Shown: in pieces, positions 1 through 9,553 of the stretch
Position numbering within the stretch: position 1 is the first letter of the stretch
How the letters are laid out: the number at the start of each line of letters is the position of its first letter
DNA from: Diplonema japonicum
Lineage: Eukaryota > Protista > Euglenozoa: Diplonemea
Assembly (NCBI GenBank): GCA_964019335.1
Contig: OZ025734.1
Location: 1 to 64,000, forward strand
DNA length: 64,000 nucleotides
Direction of reading: 5' to 3'
Position numbers and translations under genes: made by a program
The notes under the pieces: generated by a model
The model's database searches: none
What the model was told of the DNA's origin: nothing
What the model saw: the letters and a program-made list of their open reading frames with translations, nothing else

Positions 1-804
1 GGGTTTGCGGGTTTGCGGGTTTGCGGGTTTGCGGGTTTGTGGGGTTTGCGGGTTTGCGGGTTTGTGGGGTTTGCGGGTTTGCGGGTTTGCGGGTTTGTGG
101 GGTTTGCGGGTTTGCGGGTTTGCGGGTTTGCGGGTTTGCGGGTTTGCGGGTTTGCGGGTTTGCGGGTTTGCGGGTTTGCGGGTTTGCGGGTTTGCGGGTT
201 TGCGGGTTTGCGGGTTTGCGGGTTTGCGGGTTTGCGGGTTTGCGGGTTTGCGGGTTTGCGGGTTTGCGGGTTTGCGGGTTTGCGGGTTTGCGGGTTTGCG
301 GGTTTGCGGGTTTGCGGGTTTGCGGGTTTGCGGGTTTGCGGGTTTGCGGGTTTGCGGGTTTTGCGGGTTTTGCGGGTTTTGCGGGTTTTGCGGGTTTTGC
401 GGGTTTTGCGGGTTTTGCGGGTTTTGCGGGTTTTGCGGGTTTTGCGGGTTTTGCGGGTTTTGCGGGTTTTGCGGGTTTTGCGGGTTTTGCGGGTTTTGCG
501 GGTTTTGCGGGTTTTGCGGGTTTTGCGGGTTTTGCGGGTTTTGCGGGTTTTGCGGGTTTTGCGGGTTTTGCGGGTTTTGCGGGTTTTGCGGGTTTTGCGG
601 GTTTTGCGGGTTTTGCGGGTTTTGCGGGTTTTGCGGGTTTTGCGGGTTTTGCGGGTTTTGCGGGTTTTGCGGGTTTTGCGGGTTTTGCGGGTTTTGCGGG
701 TTTTGCGGGTTTTGCGGGTTTTGCGGGTTTTGCGGGTTTTGCGGGTTTTGCGGGTTTTGCGGGTTTTGCGGGTTTGCGGGTTTGCGGGTTTGCGGGTTTG
801 CGGG
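1..804 (+). repeat. G-rich tandem array: ~41 x GGGTTTGC with 3 GGGTTTGTG variants (1-355), 46 x GGGTTTTGC (356-769), 4 x GGGTTTGC + GGG (770-804); runs off the window start
   Basis: Directly visible perfect 8- and 9-nt periodicity; G3 tracts every 8-9 nt. Confidence 0.97.
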
Positions 805-1025
805 AATTTTTTAAAAAGGGGGACTTGAGAATGTTTTTTCTTTTTTTTTTTTTTTTCTTCAAAAGACACACAAGGCACGATAAATCTTAAGAGAAAATAA
901 AAATATTCCAAAACAGACAATCAAGTTCCAACCTGGGAGGAAGGCATGGGTTTCTCTTTTTCTTTATGGGAGGGAGAGGGGAAGAAGAAGAAGCAACTCC
1001 AAATGAAAACCTTTTGGAACAGATA

Positions 1026-1481
1026 TCATTGCAAGCCAAGCCAGATCTGGCAACGATGGTGGGTGCACTTGCGAGGTGTCTGTCCTGGGCATGGTTTCAG
1101 CTGGGTATGGTGTGTTGCCTGGCGAACTAGGACGCTTCCTCGATGCCCCCTGTGATTTGTTTTTTGAAAGTGTATGCTGTGCATGTACCTGGTGGTGTGC
1201 GTTCTCAGGATGTACTCCCTCTGTTGCAGGATCAACTTCTTCTTTTGCAGGTAGTCCTCCTCCTGTTGCAGGGCTGTCTTGTCTTGTCTCTGGGCTGCCA
1301 GTTGTCGTTTCTCTCTGTCTGTAAGGTTGTCATTGTGCAACAGCTTTTCGCTCTTCATAGAAATTTCAATAATGTCTATGTCAACCCCCTCGATCTTTGC
1401 GTTGACGACCCCTATCTCGTGAGCAACTTCACTGACCTGCCTGGAGAGCTCTTCCTTTTCAGTCATCTCCCCTCCGCTCAT
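1026..1481 (-). CDS. Small coiled-coil hypothetical protein next to the repeat array (possibly a truncated/pseudogenised family member)
   Basis: 151-aa ORF with heptad-like LxxEKxxL/QEEDYLQKKKLIL segment; putative 39-nt GT-AG intron 1150-1188; C-terminus low-information. Confidence 0.4.
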   Translation of the reverse strand: MSGGEMTEKEELSRQVSEVAHEIGVVNAKIEGVDIDIIEISMKSEKLLHNDNLTDREKRQLAAQRQDKTALQQEEDYLQKKKLILQQREYILRTHTTRYMHSIHFQKTNHRGHRGSVLVRQATHHTQLKPCPGQTPRKCTHHRCQIWLGLQ

Positions 1482-1928
1482 GTTGAGTGATGTAAAAGAA
1501 CTGTGATAGCGTGAGTGATAGAATAATAGCAGAAGGAAATGTAACTTTCATGTCGTTTATTGAAGATATCAAGCAGCTTAATGTCTTACTCAGGAAGCAG
1601 TTCAAAGCACTGCGCCTAAATTACATGGCTTCCCCATCGTCTTTGTAGCACCCCTACTGTCCTTCTCGCTTTTTTTCAATTGTGCCGCCTCTTTATATGT
1701 TGTACCGAAGGAAGGTTGAAAATAAAAAAAATCCAAAAAAGAAAAAGAAATCAGCGAAAACCTTGGCGGAAATGTACTCAACCAGAAAGCAAACTACAGC
1801 TGCTAAACAAATGGGGAGCTGGCACGTTTGATATCGCAACACTAACCATCCTGCAAGAAAGGAGGCGGGAATATATTGGAAACTTTCGTGGGTTTAGGTT
1901 CATTTAATTCGGTTTGGGGGGTGTAGGC

Positions 1929-3005
1929 TCATATGTCCCAGTTCACAACGGTGTTGCCACAGAAGTCAAGCAGGCCAGTCCCGGACCCGTGGCCAATCCT
2001 TGTAACATCTATGGCCCTGTCACCGTACTTCTCCTGGATGTATTTCCAGAACCTCTTCATCTCGCCGGTGAGATTCAAGTCGTCCATCAGAAGGATCCCA
2101 CAATAATTGTTCTCATCGAGGTACTGTGAATGTCATATGTACTCGCAGCAGTGCATACCTTGAGGACCTCGTACTCGAAAGGCTTCGACTCAGGGAAGTG
2201 GTTGGTGTCCAAGAGCAACACTCTGCTGCCTAAGATCAACTTGCGCCTGTTGTAGTTCACTTCGACCACGTTTTCAACCATACCAGTATGCGCTTGCGGG
2301 GTCAGCCAGGTTACCTGCCACAAAGTGAATGTTAGGCGCAGCCTTCTGCACGTCCATCGGTGTCACACGCTTCCCACCATTTCTGCTAGACATCACCGAC
2401 CCCACGTGCGTGGCAACAGACACCACATCGAATGCAAAGACGGTGACCATGGGGTGCACAGCCATCGCCATCGCAGACAAGCCTTCCTTGCTCCCAAGCT
2501 CTGCAAACATTGCCCCACCCTGGGCACCAAACTGGTTCGATAGCCATGAGAGCAGTGCGTAATGTTCTTTCCCAGCGGGGTTGGTCCAAGCTTTCATGGC
2601 ATCACGCTGCATGTCTGGCCTAGAGTCAGGATAACAGCACAAATCCTTGTATGTGTGCCAGTCGGTGATAGCTTTTACCTCTGAAGCAGGGATCACAAGT
2701 TTGCTTCGCGGTCCCCTGTTGCAATCCCTCGTGTCCGTACCGAGCTTGGGAACGACATAGGGAGTTGGGACATCGTGGGAGTCACTGGGCGAAGCAGCGA
2801 CATGAGCATTCGGTACGGGAACCGGCAAAGGAACGGGAACCGGCATAGGTACGGGAACTGGTACAGGTACAGGCACGGTATTCGGTGCTTGCTGTACCGA
2901 TTGCGCTGCTGGCTTTGCATGATCGTCGCCTTGCTTCATTGCACTGTTGAGGAGAGCCCCGATCACCAGACCGATAACCAGGTACGTGAATTCTGCCGCC
3001 CGCAT
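1929..3005 (-). CDS. Type II membrane-anchored class I SAM-dependent methyltransferase (Methyltransf_24-like), 2 introns
   Basis: N-terminal TM, PV-repeat stalk, motif I AELGSKEGLSA, AFD, LLDTNH; introns 2247-2283 (37 nt) and 2124-2158 (35 nt) extend the frame to ...GILLMDDL...DVTRIGHGSGTGLLDF...WDI-stop. Confidence 0.8.
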
Positions 3006-3138
3006 CTTTGCGTCGTTTCCTTCTGCAAAATGTGAATGGGATATTCAGAATTGTAAAATGAAGTATACAAATTATCTACTACTCAACGTTCAAGTCTAAG
3101 TACGGAATGAAAACAGAACAGGTAAACAACTAATAAAA

Positions 3139-5397
3139 CTAATACAGACTCATACCCAGCGCTGTATTTGTCTCAGTGGTGCTACCAATCCAAAAGGACG
3201 AACTCTTAGGCAGCGTGGAGGTGTGTACGCTCTCTGCCTGCGAGGAAGCGTAAAATGACTCTTTTGAGGCACGCACAAAAGCGGGTGGTACCCTGGGGGC
3301 TGCCTTAGGGGACTTGGGAAGGACTGGTCGCACAATGTTATCAAGCCATGAATACACTTTTGTATTATTGCGCTTTGTCTTTGACCGTGGGTCACCTGTT
3401 ACTCCCTTACACCTGGCAGACCCTGCCAACCACTTGTGCACAACGTTCTGCTCGATTACTAAGTGCATTTGGTACCTTTCGAAGTTCATGAAGCACTCCC
3501 CCGACTCGAGGCTTTGCTTCAAGTCCCGCAGTCTTACGAGCTCACTTTCAACATCATCACGTTCTGTTAAAAGCCTCCTCAGCCTGTTCTGCACTGGGTG
3601 CTTCTTGATGTGCGATTTCAACCCCCAGAATCGCCTCTCCCCAGGCCCGTGGCGCGCTCCGTCGTCTGACTCGTGCTCTGACACCTCACTGAATTCCTCC
3701 TGCTGCCGCACAATAGATGTGACGTATGTCGCCAACAAATCATTCTCTACCGTGTGGCGCAACACCCCTTCCTCGTCTGCGCGCGACAGCTTCCCCGCAC
3801 CATTAGGGATATTCACATCGACGGCTCGTGCAGATCTCGCCAATTCTTCAAGCTGCTGGAGTGTCTTGTCCCTTGTGCGCCGCTCTACCATTCCCTTTTG
3901 CTGTGCCTTCCCGCAACCCCCGCAGTAATTATCTCCTTTAGCAACCCAGCTCCCGCACTCTCTGCAAACAAGATTCTTGGTATGTACTTCCGACGGCTTC
4001 AACACAAACTCCACAGCAGTCCCAAGGCCCTTGAAATCCTCGGGACCTGTGAACATCTTGCCGTTCACACGCTCCAAGGTATACCCAACGTAGTGGTGCA
4101 GCCCTGCCTTGTGCGCTGCACTGTTCTCGTCGACCTTCTTAATCAATCCTTGTTCAGTGACCACGCCTAAACGCTCACCCGGTGTTTTCGTGACGAGTAT
4201 CTTCTTTTGCGTCACGTTCACAACAGCATGATACCTCTCCTTGCACGACATCCCGCTCCATGTCCCTCGAGGGAGGCCTTGCCTTGCAGCTCTTTGCAAA
4301 TTCCACGGTACTGTTTCTAGCTGGTGCTGTGCGTCAGCTTCGGTTAGCTCGAAGCTCAGGTTCTGAAAAACTGTGTCAGTAGGAGGGGGAGGGTCGCTTC
4401 CTGCGGAGGGGTCAGCACGCTCCGCGGGGCGTTTCGATTTGTCTTCTAGCATTGCTTCATCGGAGTAGCCGCTTTGAGTGACAGTGCGCCGCAAGGGGTC
4501 CACCTCTGACATTGACGCTGTGAGGGAGTCTGTGGTGGAATGCACAGTGGGCGCATATGTGGTTGCCTCGTCGTCATCGTCGTAAACAGAAGCGTCGTCG
4601 GCAGCTTGATCAAGTACGACCTGCGGCGGGGCAGCCTGCACGTCCTGCCGCAGCTGCTTCATGGACTCGCGCAGCTGACGCCTTTTTTCCTCGGCTTCTT
4701 TTATTTTGTCTTCAATCTTCTTCTCCCAGAATCTGTCGTGCACATCCTTTTCAACATCTTTAAAATCCGCTTCTGTGCCTGGATCTGACGTTACATCGTC
4801 AGACAACACTGTCTGTGACGTGGTGCCTGCGCTGTCGCGACGCTTACCAGAGTGCTTTACTGGCTCTGCGTCATCATCGTCTATGCCGCTTTGCTTCTTA
4901 TTTTCGGTGATACGGTTCTCAACAAACTCCTTTGCTGTCACCTTCTTCCCTTTCATAAACTTAAATGCAGATGCCTCCACCTTCGGCATCAGAAATGCAG
5001 ACAATCCGTTTGCCTCGCGGATGTCGTTGAGAACCTGCTTGATATCGCTTATCTTGCTGTGAGTGGGGTTCTCAATCCGCTCAGGTGTCCTGATGAGCAA
5101 CATTTGCTGACCAGGGGAGTAGATCACCAGCGTCGGCTTCTTGTTTGCCGTCAAATATACATGCTCCAGCCTATCTATGGTATCGATACCCATCACCGTC
5201 TTGATGCGCCCATCCGTCGTCGCAATGAACAGAACAGGTGGTGCTATGTTCGTACCGGGATCGATAACAAGCACCCGCATCAATGCCTTCCCCTTTTCCG
5301 TGACCCTCTCCACATATCTAATGTATTTTACCCTTTTTATCAACGCCTTAGGCAAATAAGGCTCATACAAGTCCGGCACCTTGTTGAAGCCTGCCAT
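3139..5397 (-). CDS. Multidomain protein: PH-like N-terminus, coiled coil, PDZ-like domain, CxxC-CxxC zinc ribbon
   Basis: Long ORF, likely start MAGFNK at 5397; ERLGVV..IKKVDENSAAHKAGL..VNGK (PDZ-like); CRECG...CGGCG. Confidence 0.7.
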   Translation of the reverse strand: MAGFNKVPDLYEPYLPKALIKRVKYIRYVERVTEKGKALMRVLVIDPGTNIAPPVLFIATTDGRIKTVMGIDTIDRLEHVYLTANKKPTLVIYSPGQQMLLIRTPERIENPTHSKISDIKQVLNDIREANGLSAFLMPKVEASAFKFMKGKKVTAKEFVENRITENKKQSGIDDDDAEPVKHSGKRRDSAGTTSQTVLSDDVTSDPGTEADFKDVEKDVHDRFWEKKIEDKIKEAEEKRRQLRESMKQLRQDVQAAPPQVVLDQAADDASVYDDDDEATTYAPTVHSTTDSLTASMSEVDPLRRTVTQSGYSDEAMLEDKSKRPAERADPSAGSDPPPPTDTVFQNLSFELTEADAQHQLETVPWNLQRAARQGLPRGTWSGMSCKERYHAVVNVTQKKILVTKTPGERLGVVTEQGLIKKVDENSAAHKAGLHHYVGYTLERVNGKMFTGPEDFKGLGTAVEFVLKPSEVHTKNLVCRECGSWVAKGDNYCGGCGKAQQKGMVERRTRDKTLQQLEELARSARAVDVNIPNGAGKLSRADEEGVLRHTVENDLLATYVTSIVRQQEEFSEVSEHESDDGARHGPGERRFWGLKSHIKKHPVQNRLRRLLTERDDVESELVRLRDLKQSLESGECFMNFERYQMHLVIEQNVVHKWLAGSARCKGVTGDPRSKTKRNNTKVYSWLDNIVRPVLPKSPKAAPRVPPAFVRASKESFYASSQAESVHTSTLPKSSSFWIGSTTETNTALGMSLY

Positions 5398-5614
5398 TTT
5401 AGTTACATCGCTTGCTGCGTGGTAAGTAAGGGGGCATAATTTTAAGGGAACGAATATATATTTAGCTTTCAAGTCCCAGGGCCCTAGTGCACATCGAAAG
5501 CTGTGGCAAGAGGCTGCTGTTTTGGGCACTGCAGCTGCCCGTCACTATCTTCTAGCGAATTTGTGTGTCTTTACAATCACCAACCTGTCTCGGTCTCCGA
5601 CTCGGTAACTCCGG

Positions 5615-6478
5615 TCAGGTCCTGTATGTGGTGGATGGCCTACTGTAGCATACCGTGACCAGTTCTTTATATGGCGAGAAGATCACCTCATAATGTGCTG
5701 CTAATTTGTCGACATCAAGGTCTTTGGGCAATCGTAGCTCCGAAATCACCTCGCGTCTCACAGCAGACAGCGCCATCCCGCTCACAATGGCCATCTCCCA
5801 TTCTTGGTCATGGTCGTACTCATCCTCAGTCGACACAGCCTCGTCTCCGCTACTCCCAAAGAACCTGTCGATAATCTTCAACGACTGCAGAAGGCCGTGT
5901 ATTTTGTTAATCGCCTTTTGTGTGTGTCGTATGCTCAAAACCAACCCCATCTCACGTATTCTTGCGCACCACTCCTTGGCACTAGACCGCACTGTCTTGT
6001 AGCTCAAACATTTATACTGAAACCGCCAGTCGAGTAGGACCAGCATCTTCCAATTGAAAGCACTGGCATGCCCTGCCCTTGCGAGGAGTCTGTGAACAGT
6101 CACTGCACCTGAGAACTCTTCAGCCAGCCAATACCAACACCCTTTCCACAGATCTTCAGAGTCGATCCTCCTTCGCAGCATTGGGCACGAGTTGAAAAAG
6201 GCGATGATGTCTGGTGGCCGCAAGTGTGGAAGGATCTCCATAATTATCTCTTCCGGGAGCAGCTCAATCTGCTTGTCTTTTTCACTCAACTGCAAGAACG
6301 CTTCTTTCCTCTTCTTCCCAGCCCACCCGAAACTCTTTTTTTTCGTCTTATCTACAGCTGAGCTGTCGCTCCACGCTCCTTCCATCTCGGGTATCGGCTC
6401 CAACCCCGTTTTGCTACCCCCGATCCTCTTGCCCCATTTACGCCTCCGTAGAGTCTTGGACTGTACAACTTCTCCCAT
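5615..6478 (-). CDS. F-box protein
   Basis: LLPEEIIMEILPHL..DIIAFFNSC..LRRRIDSEDLWK F-box motif; start MGEVVQ (6478) just after a CAG; upstream part of the track ORF overlaps RRP41. Confidence 0.75.
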   Translation of the reverse strand: MGEVVQSKTLRRRKWGKRIGGSKTGLEPIPEMEGAWSDSSAVDKTKKKSFGWAGKKRKEAFLQLSEKDKQIELLPEEIIMEILPHLRPPDIIAFFNSCPMLRRRIDSEDLWKGCWYWLAEEFSGAVTVHRLLARAGHASAFNWKMLVLLDWRFQYKCLSYKTVRSSAKEWCARIREMGLVLSIRHTQKAINKIHGLLQSLKIIDRFFGSSGDEAVSTEDEYDHDQEWEMAIVSGMALSAVRREVISELRLPKDLDVDKLAAHYEVIFSPYKELVTVCYSRPSTTYRT

Positions 6479-6569
6479 TGCCTGTTTACTTTGTAAATTG
6501 CAACGAACAGTGATGAATAAAACAACTGATTTATGATTACCACAGTACAACGCCCCCCTATTTATGTGA

Positions 6570-7313
6570 TCACTTTTCTTTGGCCCTTGTTTTGAATTGC
6601 TGTTCTGCATTGTCGACGACGCACGTCTTGAGCTGCGCATGGATTTTCTGGCAGCCTTTGGTGGCTTCGGCGATGAGCATTTGAAGGTCGGTGGGTTCGA
6701 TCTGGTTGTCGAAGGTGAGCATGGCGACGTCCCCTGTGGAAGGGAGGATCGCGATGTTGAGAGAGGGTGCAGCGGCTCTGGATTCCTCGTGTGTGATGTC
6801 GGCGAGGACGTTTGATTGGATGAACGAGGCTGAGCAGGACGTGAGGAGGTCGAGAACGGGAATACCCGCCGCGACAAGGGCAACGGATGCTGCGTTGAGC
6901 AGCGTTGTGAGGACAGAGCCATCATCGGCAAGGACGTTGAGAAAGACGTCAATGGCGGAAGAAGGGAACTGCGACCTGATTATGATGTCTTCCAGCACGC
7001 TCTTCACAGTGTCCGCAACCTCGTTCGCCTGGCGGTCGTCGACCCTACGGTGCCCCGACGCAGACGAGAAGGCAGCATACTGACACTGCACACTCACTGA
7101 GCACAGATCTTCCCTCACCCCCACTACCTCCCTCGGCCCGTACACCGCAGCAACCACTTTTGTACCACCTGCTACCACCGCCGCACTCCCATCAGCTCCA
7201 TCCTTAAAGCATCCTAGTTCAATTTCGAGCTCCCTTGGGTCACCAGGCTTCCGCCCGTCCAGTCTCAGCCCCGCCAGGGACACGTACTCTACTTTCCTCA
7301 CTCTTCCAGGCAT
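6570..7313 (-). CDS. RRP41: Exosome RNase PH-family subunit Rrp41
   Basis: GLRLDGRK, DGSA, GGTKVVAAVYGPRE, FPSSAIDVFLNVLADDGS, NAASVALVAAGIP. Confidence 0.88.
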   Translation of the reverse strand: MPGRVRKVEYVSLAGLRLDGRKPGDPRELEIELGCFKDGADGSAAVVAGGTKVVAAVYGPREVVGVREDLCSVSVQCQYAAFSSASGHRRVDDRQANEVADTVKSVLEDIIIRSQFPSSAIDVFLNVLADDGSVLTTLLNAASVALVAAGIPVLDLLTSCSASFIQSNVLADITHEESRAAAPSLNIAILPSTGDVAMLTFDNQIEPTDLQMLIAEATKGCQKIHAQLKTCVVDNAEQQFKTRAKEK

Positions 7314-7529
7314 TTTATTGCTTTATTCCCCTGGATGGGTTGTGTCAAGAAAATTCGCTAAGAAAAAAAATACTCTCTGGTGTAGAGAATAATGTGATGA
7401 CGCTCAACGCCGTCATTAAAAAAGGAGGGGTGGGAGTTTGAGTGGAGAGATATGAAAGAAAAAGAAAAACAAAAACACTCACGCAAAGAGAAAATGAGCG
7501 GAACTAGTGCCAAATTTATTTGATTTCTC

Positions 7530-8582
7530 TTACTGCTTGTCATCCGCAGCTTCTGGTTCACGAGGCTTCTCGTCATCTTTTGCTTCGTCTTCCTTCGTCT
7601 CTACCTTCTCACTTTTGCTTTCTTCTGGGGTGGTCTCTGGGGTGGCCTCTTCTTTCTTCTTAGATTCTTCGTCAGGGTTCTCTACTTTCGCTTCCGCTTC
7701 CTGCGTTTCATCGTCCTTCTTCTCGGTCTCGCTTTCCTTGTCCCCACCATCAAGCTTCGTTACCCGTGCAGTGAGCTCTGCAGTGTTAGTGGTAGCCGTT
7801 TCAACAGCAAGCAACAAGTTTTCCATCTGCCCCTCCACGTTCTTCACCCTTTCGACGAGTCTGTCCTGCATGCGCACCTTCCCCTCCAACATGGCTACTT
7901 TGCTGTTCATCCCAGCGTGCGACTTCAACATGCTTTCTGACGCCTTCACGGTTTCCTTCAGCTTCTCCTCAGCCTCCTTGATCTCCTTCAAGTTGTCCGC
8001 TGTCGCCTTGCTTTCCGCTTGCAAACTCTCCAACTTCGACTCCATTTCGCCAATCTTCTTGCTGTTGTCGGGTACGGGCGGCAGCTCCCTCCTCGTCTTC
8101 AGCTGTTCCTTTTGATCTTTCCAACGAATATCAATGTCGAAGGCCTCACACATGGCAGCCTTCACGCCCCACAGACCACCGGCTAACACGGTTGCCCCGA
8201 TGAAATAGTCCTTCCAATCCCTGCCTTGAGGCTTAGGTGGCACTGCGGGTGCCTGCGGGACCTGTGGTGGCTGGTAGTGCCTCGGGGGCGGTGGTGGTGC
8301 TGTTGCTGCTGGGGGAGGAGTTGTCTTGCTGGCGGCTTCCTCCAATTCAGACATCTCTTTCGGTTGATTAACAGCGGCAAAGGCCTGGTGGATCTCCTGC
8401 ATGGAAAGCCCCTTCGACTTGAGGAAGTTGACACGGCGCGACAAAGGGGAAGTCATCACGTTGGTGTTCGTCAGGAATGCAGTCGCGTTCTTCATCCGAG
8501 TCTCCGCCGCAGGATCGGCAGGGGTCGCAGGAGCAGCGCTCCCATCGGACTGCAACGCAGAAGCAGGATCAACCTCAGCCAT
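7530..8582 (-). CDS. PEX14: Peroxin 14 (peroxisomal/glycosomal docking protein)
   Basis: N-terminal AxxFL...PLSRRVNFLKSKGLSxQEI, Pro-rich linker, WKDYF + hydrophobic segment, coiled coil, acidic tail. Confidence 0.9.
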   Translation of the reverse strand: MAEVDPASALQSDGSAAPATPADPAAETRMKNATAFLTNTNVMTSPLSRRVNFLKSKGLSMQEIHQAFAAVNQPKEMSELEEAASKTTPPPAATAPPPPPRHYQPPQVPQAPAVPPKPQGRDWKDYFIGATVLAGGLWGVKAAMCEAFDIDIRWKDQKEQLKTRRELPPVPDNSKKIGEMESKLESLQAESKATADNLKEIKEAEEKLKETVKASESMLKSHAGMNSKVAMLEGKVRMQDRLVERVKNVEGQMENLLLAVETATTNTAELTARVTKLDGGDKESETEKKDDETQEAEAKVENPDEESKKKEEATPETTPEESKSEKVETKEDEAKDDEKPREPEAADDKQ

Positions 8583-8663
8583 ATTCTTACTGTGATGAGG
8601 TGAAACATACGGAGCATATGTGGTTTCAATGAGAACACTAATAACACTTTATATTAAAAAATT

Positions 8664-9479
8664 TTAATCAGCAACATCAGGACGGTCTTGTGTATCTTTT
8701 TGCATCATATTCGGGGCAGCCAGCGCGTTGAGGATGTTGGGGTTCTGCCCGCCGAGGATCCCCGCAAGCATGTTGTTGACGTTGAGTCCGCCAAGGTTCA
8801 AGCCCCCCATGTCGTTGTCTTTCTTGTTGTTGTAGCTAGAGGTAGGCAAAGAGCCGCGAGGCAGGTTTTGCCGCATGTTCTGCTGCGGTAGGCTGAAGCC
8901 ACCACCACCACCACCACCACCACCACCACCTGCATTGGGACGCGCGACCATGCGCGAGATAGCGGCAAGTGCATCTGGAGTCAGCATGTTGGCGGCACCG
9001 CCTGAAGGCATGTTGGTCTTTGGTGCCGTCGGGCGCTTGGCTTTTTCGACCTAAACAGTGTTACACGAATTGATTTAACACACCTTTCTCTTCAAAGACT
9101 TCTGTCCTGCGGGCTGCATGAGGCAGTACTCCTTCCAAGTCTCTTCGTTGAAACCGTAGTTGAAGAACGCGGTAATATCCGCACTCTTCTTGCGCCACAA
9201 CTTGCTCTCCTCAGGCAGTTGATCGATCTCGTAGCCATAGATGGCTTCATTGCGCAAAGGCGCCTCGGAGCCTGTAGCATTGTTATTCTCGTTCTAAGTC
9301 ATACCAGGAACAAGTGGCGCTAGACCACCCTGCTCGGCAGCGGGTGCCTCGGTCACCCCTTCTGGCCTCAACACCAGCCCGTCCCTCTCCCTGTCACGGT
9401 CCCGCCTATCCCTATCATCTCTCCTGTAATCCCTATCCCTGTGTCCCTCCCTGTCGCGCTCATCCCGTCTTCTATCCAT
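8664..9479 (-). CDS. FIP1: Pre-mRNA 3'-end processing factor Fip1, 2 introns
   Basis: Fip1 motif KLWRKKSADITAFFNYGFNEETWKEYC; RD-rich N-terminus; 33-nt introns 9272-9304 and 9051-9083 join three track ORFs. Confidence 0.88.
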
Positions 9480-9553
9480 GTTTGCGGTACCTGGAGATAA
9501 ATACTTTAACAGTAGTTTCAAGATTGTGATGCAAAAATAGAATGTTACTTAAG

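Noticed and set aside
1-804. Conventional telomere or CRISPR array
   Set aside because: Polarity is opposite to a left-end telomere and the unit is not TTAGGG; there are no spacers, so not CRISPR
5-890. Three long plus-strand ORFs (GFAGLRVC repeats)
   Set aside because: Translations of the stop-free tandem array; no real ATG or coding signal
6479-6952. N-terminal extension of the F-box ORF, likewise the extensions at 33746-33958 and 54573-54668
   Set aside because: Overlap the neighbouring gene or homopolymer spacer; better starts lie just after AG acceptors
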